Origin: Bacilli bacterium
GTDB lineage: Bacteria > Bacillota_I > Bacilli_A > RFN20 > CAG-826
Direction: 5' to 3'
Assembly (NCBI GenBank): GCA_024408655.1
Contig: JAKSUV010000005.1
Location: forward strand, 2,730 to 66,729
DNA: 64,000 nt
Each line of letters starts with the position of its first letter. Position 1 is the stretch's first letter. This document shows, piece by piece, positions 45,396 to 54,253 of the stretch. Below the pieces are notes generated by a model. That model had not been told where the DNA came from. It made no database searches and saw only the letters and a list, made by a program, of their open reading frames with translations. The position numbers were made by a program, and so were the translations under genes.

Positions 45396-45626
45396 TTAAA
45401 AGCACATTGACGAAATATAATTGGTGTAACAAGATTTATCACGACCGGTTTGTTGAATAATAAAAGTGCCAATTTTTTCGGTTTTTTGTGTTTCCTTGAC
45501 ACCTTCGACGTAAGAACTATATACGCCAATAACTTTCGCATTCTTAATCGCTAAAAAACAGGAGCCATATTTATTGAAAAGTTTTTTATAATTTTTCACA
45601 AACCAAGTAAAATCTTTGCTAATCAT
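45396..45626 (-). CDS. Small DUF5678-like protein
   Basis: 76 aa. The pattern W..NY..L..KYG.CFLAIKN.KVIGVY resembles DUF5678. It has a GAAGGAG SD, and its stop lies 3 nt before the protease ATG. Confidence 0.55.
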   Translation of the reverse strand: MISKDFTWFVKNYKKLFNKYGSCFLAIKNAKVIGVYSSYVEGVKETQKTEKIGTFIIQQTGRDKSCYTNYISSMCF

Positions 45627-45698
45627 ATTTCTCTCCTTCGGTTATATTTTATATCAGTAAATCAGAAAAGTGGGAACAAATCACGGAAAATAATTTAA

Positions 45699-48140
45699 TT
45701 ATTTAGTATCGTCTTTATGGTCTTTAGCTTTTGCATCAATCGCGGCTTGCCGTCTCTTTTCGTATTCGGCTTTATCTCTAGCAATTTCTTCCGGGGTCTT
45801 AATATGAATAATTACGTTCAGTAATTTATGCGCAATATCAAGGGAAACGGTCTCTAACATTTCACGGAACATTTGGTAGCCTTCGTTCACGTAGTCCTGT
45901 AGGGGGTTAGTGTTCGCATAGCCACGAAGGTGAACCGATTCACGGAAACTCGCCATCGCGTCAATGTGTTTTGTCCAACCTTGGTCAAGCGTTTGAAGCG
46001 TAATCTGTCTTTCCACTTGCGAGGCAATTTCTTCGCCCCATTCTTTCCGACGTTTTAAATAACGGTCATATAAGACATCACTTAAATCAGGTCCAGCTTC
46101 TTCCATTGGCGCCTCTTCAAAGGCTTGCACTTTAATCGCGTTTTCGGGTAAGAAACGGGGCTCAAGTTCTTTCTTTAATAATTCTGCACTAATCAGTTTT
46201 TCGTGACTATTCGCTGGTACAGATTTTTTCGCAATCGCCATCCCGGCGGTTTTAAAGAATTCACTAATAATATCGGCGATATCTTTACTAAATAAAATCC
46301 GGTCACGTTTTTTATAAATGATTTCCCGTTGTTTAGCTAACACATCATCATAATCAAGTAAGTTCTTCCGAATATCAAAGTTCTTACCTTCGATTTGTTT
46401 TTGGGCACTGGTAATTACGTTCATTACCATTGCTGACTCGAGTGCTTCCGTCCCAAGACTTTCAAAATATTTCACCATTCGTTCATTGGCGAACCGACGC
46501 ATTAAATCATCGTCAAGCGAAACATAGAAACGGGAGAAACCTGGGTCACCTTGCCGACCACTCCGGCCTCGTAACTGGTTATCAATCCGGCGCGCTTCGT
46601 GACGTTCGGTACCAAAGACACATAAGCCACCTAATTCCACAACGCCAGGGCCTAATTTAATATCGGTACCACGACCAGCCATGTTCGTGGCGACCGTGAT
46701 TTGACCTTTTTCACCGGCGTGCGAAATAATCTCCGCTTCACGAGCGTGGTTCTTCGCGTTTAAGACTTCGTATTTTAAACCTTTAGTATCAAGGAGCTTC
46801 GCAATCTCTTCACTACTTTCCACTGACGTTGTACCAATTAAGATTGGCTGACCTTTTTCGTGACGTTCATAGACTTCTTTAAGTAACGCTTGAAGCTTGG
46901 GCCCTTTGTGCGCGTAGACATAATCAATCGCGTCTTCCCGAATCACGGGTTTATTAGTGGGAATACAAGTGACCCGCATGTTATAAATCTTTTGGAATTC
47001 TTCTTCCTCAGTTTTCGCGGTACCAGTCATACCCGCCATCTTTTTATAAAGCCGGAAGAAGTTTTGATAGGTGATCGTGGCTAAGGTAATGGTCTCAGTT
47101 TTAATATCAACATTTTCTTTCGCTTGAATCGCTTGGTGAAGACCATCGCTATATTCACGACCCTTTAAAATCCGACCCGTAAATTGATCGATTAATTGAA
47201 TTTGGCGGTCACTATCCACCATGTATTCAACGTCACGCATCATGATGTAATTCGCTTTTAATGCTTGGTGAATCCGGTGGACTAAATCAGCGTATTCGGG
47301 ATCATAGAGATTCCGAATCCCAAACATCCGTTCCGCTTTTTTACTACCTTCATCGGTTAAACTACAAGTCTTATCTTTGATATCAATGGTGAAATCTTTT
47401 TCTTTCCGTAAAGTTTTGACAAACCGGTCCGCGACCGTATATTGACTAGGTGTCGCTTTTTGTCCACCGCTAATAATTAACGGCGTGCGGCTTTCATCAA
47501 CTAAGATTGAGTCCGCTTCATCGACAATCGCAAAATGTAAACCACGAAGCACGCGTTGTTTCACGTTTTGCACCATGTTATCACGGAGATAGTCAAAACC
47601 TAATTCACTGTTAGTGGTATAGGTAATATCACATAAATACGCTTCTTGTTTTTCGCTCGGTGATTTTTCGCGTAGGTTCACGCCAACAGTTAAACCAAGG
47701 AAACGATAAATTTGTCCCATCCAGTCTGCGTCACGACTCGCGAGATATTCGTTCACGGTGACAACGTGGGTGCCTTTTCCTTCAAGTGCATTTAAATAGA
47801 CCGCCATCGTCGCGGTTAAAGTTTTGCCTTCACCAGTCCGCATCTCGGCGACATCGCCATCATGAAGCACTAAGGCGCCCATGACTTGGACTTTAAACGG
47901 GAATTGACCAAGGGTCCGTTTCGCTGCTTCGCGAGCAACCGCAAAGGCTTCGTATTTAATATCTTCAAGCGTTTTGCCGTTTTTTAAAGCCGCCCGAAAA
48001 GCGTCTGTCTTCGCGCGTAACGCCTCATCGGAGAGTTTTGCCATCGTTTCTTCGTAGGCTAAAACTTTCATCGCTTGGCGTTCATAACGCTTCTGGACAT
48101 GATGGTCGATTCGAAATATTTTTTCGATGATATTTGCCAT
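45699..48140 (-). CDS. secA: Preprotein translocase ATPase SecA (no C-terminal Zn-finger tail)
   Basis: MRTGEGKTL Walker A, the DEAD-like VDEADSILVDE motif, and TNMAGRGTDI. Confidence 0.95.
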   Translation of the reverse strand: MANIIEKIFRIDHHVQKRYERQAMKVLAYEETMAKLSDEALRAKTDAFRAALKNGKTLEDIKYEAFAVAREAAKRTLGQFPFKVQVMGALVLHDGDVAEMRTGEGKTLTATMAVYLNALEGKGTHVVTVNEYLASRDADWMGQIYRFLGLTVGVNLREKSPSEKQEAYLCDITYTTNSELGFDYLRDNMVQNVKQRVLRGLHFAIVDEADSILVDESRTPLIISGGQKATPSQYTVADRFVKTLRKEKDFTIDIKDKTCSLTDEGSKKAERMFGIRNLYDPEYADLVHRIHQALKANYIMMRDVEYMVDSDRQIQLIDQFTGRILKGREYSDGLHQAIQAKENVDIKTETITLATITYQNFFRLYKKMAGMTGTAKTEEEEFQKIYNMRVTCIPTNKPVIREDAIDYVYAHKGPKLQALLKEVYERHEKGQPILIGTTSVESSEEIAKLLDTKGLKYEVLNAKNHAREAEIISHAGEKGQITVATNMAGRGTDIKLGPGVVELGGLCVFGTERHEARRIDNQLRGRSGRQGDPGFSRFYVSLDDDLMRRFANERMVKYFESLGTEALESAMVMNVITSAQKQIEGKNFDIRKNLLDYDDVLAKQREIIYKKRDRILFSKDIADIISEFFKTAGMAIAKKSVPANSHEKLISAELLKKELEPRFLPENAIKVQAFEEAPMEEAGPDLSDVLYDRYLKRRKEWGEEIASQVERQITLQTLDQGWTKHIDAMASFRESVHLRGYANTNPLQDYVNEGYQMFREMLETVSLDIAHKLLNVIIHIKTPEEIARDKAEYEKRRQAAIDAKAKDHKDDTK

Positions 48141-48269
48141 AAATTGTGCCTTACAATTCTATATTATTTGTAATTTTATTACAACAAAAGTTTCGTTAAA
48201 ACCGAAAAGAATTTTTTCTTAATAACTACAAAAACTAAACACTGACTAGAAAAAAATATAAAATTTCCT

Positions 48270-48298
48270 TTGAAATCTCGTTAAATTCTTGTTATGGT
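48270..48298 (+). promoter_or_regulatory. Putative promoter TTGAAA-17 nt-TATGGT for the small basic ORF
   Basis: Hexamers and spacing were read directly from the sequence. Confidence 0.45.
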
Positions 48299-48325
48299 GT
48301 TTATGTACATAAAAGGAGAAATTTT

Positions 48326-48460
48326 ATGGCAAAGAAAAAAGTTGCAAAGAAAAAAGCGGTGAAAAAGGTCGCCAAAAAGGCTGCCAAGAAACCAGCGAAA
48401 AAAGCAGCTAAAAAGTGCAGCGGCAAGAAATGCCATTGCAAGAAAAAGGCCAGACGCTAA
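48326..48460 (+). CDS. 44-aa highly basic Lys/Ala-rich protein with a C-terminal C-x4-C-H-C cluster
   Basis: Below the ORF-track size cut-off. AAGGAG lies 7 nt upstream of the ATG. Product: MAKKKVAKKKAVKKVAKKAAKKPAKKAAKKCSGKKCHCKKKARR. Confidence 0.5.
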   Translation: MAKKKVAKKKAVKKVAKKAAKKPAKKAAKKCSGKKCHCKKKARR

Positions 48461-48461
48461 T

Positions 48462-49076
48462 TTACTTAGCTTCGACCTTAGCGACAACCAAGAACCTAAT
48501 CCGTCTTGGTTGTCCTTTTTTTATTAACGCTAAACACGCTTTTAAAGTTGAACCACTTGTCGAAATGTCATCGACGAATAAGACTTTCTTATGATAGATT
48601 TTCTCAATATCTTCCACCATTAATTTCTCCCCCACTTGTTCCCGTTCCGCTCTATTTAAATCGGATTGTTTAAAGGCAATCCGTTTTTTAATTAGATTAA
48701 GAATTGGTAGACCTAGTGATTTAAATATTTCTTCGACATGATTAAATTCACGCGTCTGGTCGGCTTCAATGCTACTGGGCGCTCTAACTATGATGTAGCC
48801 CCGGAAGCGATTCTTTAAATCATGACGATAATAAGTTAAGAAAATATTGGCGAGTTCAATATCGCCACATCCTTTAAGCGTATAAATCTTTTCCTTGATT
48901 GCTTCGTTATAAGGAAATAGATACATCCCTTTTACCCCATCAACTTTCGCGGTAATAATTTTGGGCGCTAATGTTTTTAAACAGCGGTCACATAAACAAA
49001 GCGAAGGATCAAGCAATGCGTGTAATGAATTAATTTTTATTGGTGCAAAGCACGCTTTACAAAAACGAGTTGTCAT
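48462..49076 (-). CDS. comFC: ComF family protein (ComFC, PRTase-like)
   Basis: N-terminal CxxC..CxxC and a C-terminal PRT motif VLFVDDISTSGST; 20-nt overlap with comFA. Confidence 0.85.
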   Translation of the reverse strand: MTTRFCKACFAPIKINSLHALLDPSLCLCDRCLKTLAPKIITAKVDGVKGMYLFPYNEAIKEKIYTLKGCGDIELANIFLTYYRHDLKNRFRGYIIVRAPSSIEADQTREFNHVEEIFKSLGLPILNLIKKRIAFKQSDLNRAEREQVGEKLMVEDIEKIYHKKVLFVDDISTSGSTLKACLALIKKGQPRRIRFLVVAKVEAK

Positions 49077-50223
49077 ATTGAATCGCTTTAATCGCCTCCG
49101 TCATAGCACTTGTCTTTTTATTGGCTAAGAAAATAACTTCTCCAGTCGGAGCGTCAATTTTTCGCCCGACGCGTCCCGCAATTTGGATAAGGACACCTTT
49201 TTGATACATGTTGTGATCGGCGTGATAAATAATCACTTGGACATCTTTAATCGTGACACCCCGCTCTAAGACGGAAGTGGTTAATAAATAATTAAATTCA
49301 TGATTTTTAAAGCGATGAATTATATCCACCCGCCGCTGACAATGCGAATGCACATGCGCCCCATGACGCAAGAATAAATGTAATAAATGATACACCTCTT
49401 CGCATTCATCAATCGTTGGCGCAAAGATCATCACTTGTTTATGGTCGCGGGTATAGCGTTTAATCATTTTGATTAAATAAAAGATTTTAAAATAACCAAC
49501 CCGAATCTTCACTAGTGGGACTGGTAGAGGATGTTGATGATAACGAGTATGTAAAGCTAAGATTGGTAAATTACGACTTTTAAAATAATTTACTACTTCA
49601 TCAGGCGGAGTAGCGCTCATCATGACAAATGAACCTTTCACCGCTTGATGAAATAAATTAATGAGTAGAGTGCTATCTTTAAACGGGAAAGCATCAATTT
49701 CGTCTAGAATTAATAAATCAAAATATTGACGGTACCGATATAATTGATGCGTGGTTAACAAAATAATATCACCCGTTAAACTTTCGGTATGACCACCATA
49801 CACCGCTACGACACTCCGGTCAGGAAACGCGCCTTTAAACCGCGGATATAAATCAATCACGACTTCACGACGTGGCACCGCAAACCCCACATGTTTTCCA
49901 GCGCTTAAACTAGCACTTATCACCTGATACACGAGCTCAGTCTTACCACTCCCACAAACCGCATGAATAAGGGTTGACTTATTCACTTCATAGTTGTGCA
50001 AAATTTGATCCGCAATCACTTTCTGCGCCGGTGATAATGGGTAGGTAAGGCTAGCTTCGGTGTGTCGATCTTCTATGGCATAATCGCCCACCTCCTTGCC
50101 TTGGAAAGTGACGCATAAGCGACAATAAACGTGGCCATTTCGGTAACCAAAATAGCGTGCATCTTTATTCCCACAACGCGGGCAAATAAATTTTGTTTCG
50201 TTTATCATCAGTAAATGCGTCAT
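49057..50223 (-). CDS. comFA: ComFA-like DEAD-box helicase (DNA uptake)
   Basis: N-terminal Zn ribbon CPRCG..CRLC, GSGKTE Walker A, a DEID box, and the GRVGR motif. Confidence 0.85.
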   Translation of the reverse strand: MTHLLMINETKFICPRCGNKDARYFGYRNGHVYCRLCVTFQGKEVGDYAIEDRHTEASLTYPLSPAQKVIADQILHNYEVNKSTLIHAVCGSGKTELVYQVISASLSAGKHVGFAVPRREVVIDLYPRFKGAFPDRSVVAVYGGHTESLTGDIILLTTHQLYRYRQYFDLLILDEIDAFPFKDSTLLINLFHQAVKGSFVMMSATPPDEVVNYFKSRNLPILALHTRYHQHPLPVPLVKIRVGYFKIFYLIKMIKRYTRDHKQVMIFAPTIDECEEVYHLLHLFLRHGAHVHSHCQRRVDIIHRFKNHEFNYLLTTSVLERGVTIKDVQVIIYHADHNMYQKGVLIQIAGRVGRKIDAPTGEVIFLANKKTSAMTEAIKAIQYDNSFL

Positions 50224-50300
50224 CTCCTTCTAGTTATATATACGAGATAAACGCAAGAAAAAACGCGAATATTTTTTTATATTTATTTATAAATATATTT

Positions 50301-51662
50301 TTAGTGAATAATTTTCTTCACTTGATTAATAAACTTCGCCTTAGACGCGTCATTATTAATTAGGTAAGTGGCGTGACGAATATAAGCTTTAAAAGTCGCG
50401 GCCGCGTTAATTTGTAATTGGGTAGAAGCTTTCGCTCCACGCGCTTTAATAAGGCGCGTATTTTGTTCACTTAAAATAAGTAAAGTTTCATCAACTAAAT
50501 CAGTAAAGTCAGCCTGAAATAATAAAGGTATTTCAACAGCGATATTTCCTTGGTGAGTAGTTAGATACATGCGTAAGTCTTCTTTCACTAAGGGATGCAA
50601 CAAATGATTTAAAGCGCGAAGTTTCGCTGGTGATTTACTCACTAGTAAACGAATCTGATCTTTATTATTTGTTTTAAATAAACGGTTGAGCTTTTCTTTT
50701 ACTTCTACCTTTTGGTATAAACGCTTAACAACTTCATCCGCCGAATAAGTGAGATAACCATTATCTTTAAACACATTTAAAGCGGTTGATTTACCAACAC
50801 TAATAGGACCAGTAATCCCAATCACATAATGATCACTCTTCCGTTTTTGGCAGTGCGGACAATAGGTCGTACCACGCCCACCAACTTTAATTTTCGCTAA
50901 CGGGTTACCGCAATTAACACATGGCTTTCCTTTTCGCCCGTACGCTTTTAGATATTTTTGGAAACCACCCGTGTGACCTTTTTCCCAGTAGAAAGTGCTG
51001 ACCGTTGTGCCATTATGTTTAATGGCTAAATGAAGAATTGTGTTCGCACATTTTAAAATCCGTTTAACATCATCTTTGCTTAATAGATAAGCTTTGCTTA
51101 ACGGCGAGATTTTAGCTTGAAAAAGAGTTTCGTCAACATAAATATTGCCTAGCCCTGAAACAATACTTTGGTCTAATAAGGTCTCTTTAATATTGCGCTT
51201 AGAAGCGTGAATCATTTTATAAACCTGATTGACATTAAGTTTTGGGTCAATTGCCTCGACCCCCACTTTCGCTAATGGCAAAACGTTTTGGTAATTCTTT
51301 TTATCACGCAAAGTAAGAAAACCGAAACAACGTGAATCGTCAAAGTTAAGAATACTGCCGTCTTTAAAGGTGAAAATAATTCGCGCGTATTTCGTTTTAT
51401 CTTTAATAGTTTTCGCAGGAATAAATTTACCTTCCATCCGTAAATGCGCAATCATGACATTAGGGCCCGATAAATCAAAAATTAAAAACTTCCCCCGCCG
51501 CTTAATCGCGTTAATGGTCTTGTTTTTAACGCCCGCAATAAAGGTCTTTTCGTTACCTTCAATGATGTTTTTATGGTAAACAATCACATCCTTAAAGGTC
51601 CGCCCTTTAATACTGTGATTTAAGGCGCGAACAACGGTTTCAACTTCAGGAAGTTCTGGCAT
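50301..51662 (-). CDS. mutM: Fused formamidopyrimidine-DNA glycosylase / dephospho-CoA kinase
   Basis: The start MPELPEVE (ATG 51662) is required for the catalytic Pro2. The Fpg Zn finger CVNCG..CPHCQK is followed directly by the CoaE P-loop IGITGPISVGKST. Confidence 0.85.
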   Translation of the reverse strand: MPELPEVETVVRALNHSIKGRTFKDVIVYHKNIIEGNEKTFIAGVKNKTINAIKRRGKFLIFDLSGPNVMIAHLRMEGKFIPAKTIKDKTKYARIIFTFKDGSILNFDDSRCFGFLTLRDKKNYQNVLPLAKVGVEAIDPKLNVNQVYKMIHASKRNIKETLLDQSIVSGLGNIYVDETLFQAKISPLSKAYLLSKDDVKRILKCANTILHLAIKHNGTTVSTFYWEKGHTGGFQKYLKAYGRKGKPCVNCGNPLAKIKVGGRGTTYCPHCQKRKSDHYVIGITGPISVGKSTALNVFKDNGYLTYSADEVVKRLYQKVEVKEKLNRLFKTNNKDQIRLLVSKSPAKLRALNHLLHPLVKEDLRMYLTTHQGNIAVEIPLLFQADFTDLVDETLLILSEQNTRLIKARGAKASTQLQINAAATFKAYIRHATYLINNDASKAKFINQVKKIIH

Positions 51663-51664
51663 AA

Positions 51665-54253
51665 CTATTTCGCCTCGTACCACGTATCACCAACGCCCAT
51701 TGCGACTTTTAACTTAATGGGGAAATCAAGATTCTCCATAATCGTTTGAACATCGTGAATCAAAGCGTCTTGTTCGCTTTTTACGACTTTAAAAATTAAT
51801 TCGTCATGAATTTGTAACACGAGTCGCGACTGATAATGTTTTTCTTTTAACATCGCTGCTACTTTAATCATCGCGAGTTTAATAATATCCGCGGCGGTGC
51901 CTTGAATTGGTGCATTCATAGCGGCGCGCTTGGCGAATTCGCGAACTTGATAATTTTGGTCGTGGATCTCTCTTAGATAGCGGCGACGTTTAAAATAAGT
52001 TTCGACATAATTATTTTTCACCGCGTTAAGGACAACGTTTTCTAAAAAAGTTCTTACTTCGGGATACGCTGAATAGAAATTATTAATAATTTCCCGGGCC
52101 TCTAAACGATTAATGCCTAAATCTTCCGCTAGACCAAATTCACTAATGCCATAGACAATTCCAAAGTTTACCGCTTTGGCTTTACGACGTTCAACACCAT
52201 TTGGTTCACGGTCTAAATGGAAAACTTTCTTTGCCGTTTCCGTATGAATATCACGGTCATGTTCAAAAATATCTTTTAAACCGGAGGAACTAGCTAAGGC
52301 CGCTAAAATCCGTAATTCAATTTGGGAATAATCAAAAGAAAGAATAGCGAATTCATGATTAGGATAATGGAAAGCTTTCCGGATTAATCGCCCTTCTTCA
52401 TCGCGAACCGAAATGTTTTGGAGGTTTGGCTCGCTACTAGATAAGCGACCAGTTGTCGTAAGTGCTTGGTTAAACATCGCGTGAATCTTCCCATCTTCAT
52501 GAAGATGCGTTTTTAATGCATCGACATAGGTTGAAATAAGTTTAGCGTATTTCCGGTGTTCTAAAATTTTCGCTACCACAGGATGTTCATTCTTTAAGCT
52601 CTCAAGCACCTCCACACTCGTTGAATTATTATGCGGAGCGGGTAAGGCTAAACGATTAAACAAGACATCCGCGACTTGTTTTGGCGAAGCAATATTAAAT
52701 TCAAAACCAACACTCGCGTAAATCTCTTGGGTAATCTTCGCGAGTTTCTCTTTAAAGGTATTACCAATTTGGTCCAGTTCATGAACATCTAATGGGAAGC
52801 CTTCAATCTCCATCTCCGCTAAAACATCCGCTAATGGTAACTCTAATTCATTAAATAATTTTAACGCGCTCACTTTGTTTAATTCATCAAGCACGCGGTG
52901 ATTTAAAGCGAGTACTTGGTAAGCACATTTAGCGACAAAGTCATCATCGTTATTTTCGCCTAATAAATTCGGTTCCGCTTTTTGACCAACATCAACATTA
53001 AAATAATTCATCACGCTGACGACATCGTTTTTAAGTGAACTATCTAATAAATATGCCGCTAATAATAAATCAAAAACTAAGCCATTAATCTTAAGATTAA
53101 TTTTATTAAGCGCCACTTTAATCGCTTTATAATCGTAAACATATTTTTTAATATCCGAACTTTCTAATAGCGTAGTAAGATTTTTCGCACCCGCTAATTT
53201 ATTAGCGTAAATGATATAAGTTTTTTCTTTAGTCGCAATCCCAAGACTTTTAATTGTTGCTTGATGATAATTGTCACCATCAAGATTAAGATAAATACCA
53301 ATATCTTTATCTATGATAACTGGTAAATCATCCACCACGACAAAATCAACTTTCACCGCGTTACTTTGTTTGAGTTTATTCGGTAAACGATTAAGGATCG
53401 ATTTTAGTTCATACTTTTGGCAGAACTCGTTAATAAGATTAAACGAATAACCGTGATAAACTAATTCATCAAGGGAAAGCGGAACATCAACATCAGTTTT
53501 AATAGTCGCTAAGAATTTTGACTTCGCGCCTTGCGCTTGATAAGTCTTTAAATTCTCGCCTAATTTACCACCGATTTTATCAGCGTTCGCGATAATGTTT
53601 TCAAAGCTTTGGTATTGACCTAAGAGTTTAGTGGCGGTCTTTTCGCCAACCCCAGGAATCCCTGGTAAATTATCGCTTGTATCACCGCGTAAACCTTTAA
53701 AATCAATCAATTGATTCGCGGTGAAACCAAACAAAGAAACAATGTTATTTTGGTTAACCGAAACAATATCACTCATCCCTTTTTTAAGAATCTCGATATG
53801 AATGTTTTGATCAACTAGTTGTAAGAAATCGCGGTCACTAGTATAAATGGCAACATCATAGTTAGCAGCGGAAGCTTTCTTCGCCATCGAGCCACAAATG
53901 TCATCACCTTCAAACCCTTTTTGTTCGAAACGTTTGATGCTTAACGCATCAAGAAGTTCACGCACAATTGGCATTTGTTGTTTAAGCTCTTCGGGACACG
54001 GAGCGCGGTTCGCTTTATAATCGGCGTATTGTTCCCGCCGAAAACATGGACCACCAGCATCAAAACCAACAAATAAAGATTCATCGCCTTTAAAGTTAGC
54101 GATGATTTTATTAATCATATTCGCGAAAGCAAAAATCGCGTTCGTTGGAATACCGGTTTTGGTTCGCATAATCGTATCAACACCACCATAGGCAGTCGCA
54201 TAATACGCCCGGAAGAGTAAGGAATAGCCATCAATAATAATTAATTTCTTCAT
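51665..54253 (-). CDS. polA: DNA polymerase I
   Basis: 5'-nuclease N-domain and polymerase motifs (DYSQIELR, QIHDEL). Confidence 0.95.
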   Translation of the reverse strand: MKKLIIIDGYSLLFRAYYATAYGGVDTIMRTKTGIPTNAIFAFANMINKIIANFKGDESLFVGFDAGGPCFRREQYADYKANRAPCPEELKQQMPIVRELLDALSIKRFEQKGFEGDDICGSMAKKASAANYDVAIYTSDRDFLQLVDQNIHIEILKKGMSDIVSVNQNNIVSLFGFTANQLIDFKGLRGDTSDNLPGIPGVGEKTATKLLGQYQSFENIIANADKIGGKLGENLKTYQAQGAKSKFLATIKTDVDVPLSLDELVYHGYSFNLINEFCQKYELKSILNRLPNKLKQSNAVKVDFVVVDDLPVIIDKDIGIYLNLDGDNYHQATIKSLGIATKEKTYIIYANKLAGAKNLTTLLESSDIKKYVYDYKAIKVALNKINLKINGLVFDLLLAAYLLDSSLKNDVVSVMNYFNVDVGQKAEPNLLGENNDDDFVAKCAYQVLALNHRVLDELNKVSALKLFNELELPLADVLAEMEIEGFPLDVHELDQIGNTFKEKLAKITQEIYASVGFEFNIASPKQVADVLFNRLALPAPHNNSTSVEVLESLKNEHPVVAKILEHRKYAKLISTYVDALKTHLHEDGKIHAMFNQALTTTGRLSSSEPNLQNISVRDEEGRLIRKAFHYPNHEFAILSFDYSQIELRILAALASSSGLKDIFEHDRDIHTETAKKVFHLDREPNGVERRKAKAVNFGIVYGISEFGLAEDLGINRLEAREIINNFYSAYPEVRTFLENVVLNAVKNNYVETYFKRRRYLREIHDQNYQVREFAKRAAMNAPIQGTAADIIKLAMIKVAAMLKEKHYQSRLVLQIHDELIFKVVKSEQDALIHDVQTIMENLDFPIKLKVAMGVGDTWYEAK

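Noticed and set aside
48281-48487. 68-aa minus-strand ORF from the track (F/L/A-rich)
   Set aside because: It is the antisense shadow of the Lys-codon-rich plus-strand ORF (AAA/AAG read backwards as TTT/CTT). It has no SD and overlaps the comFC 3' end.
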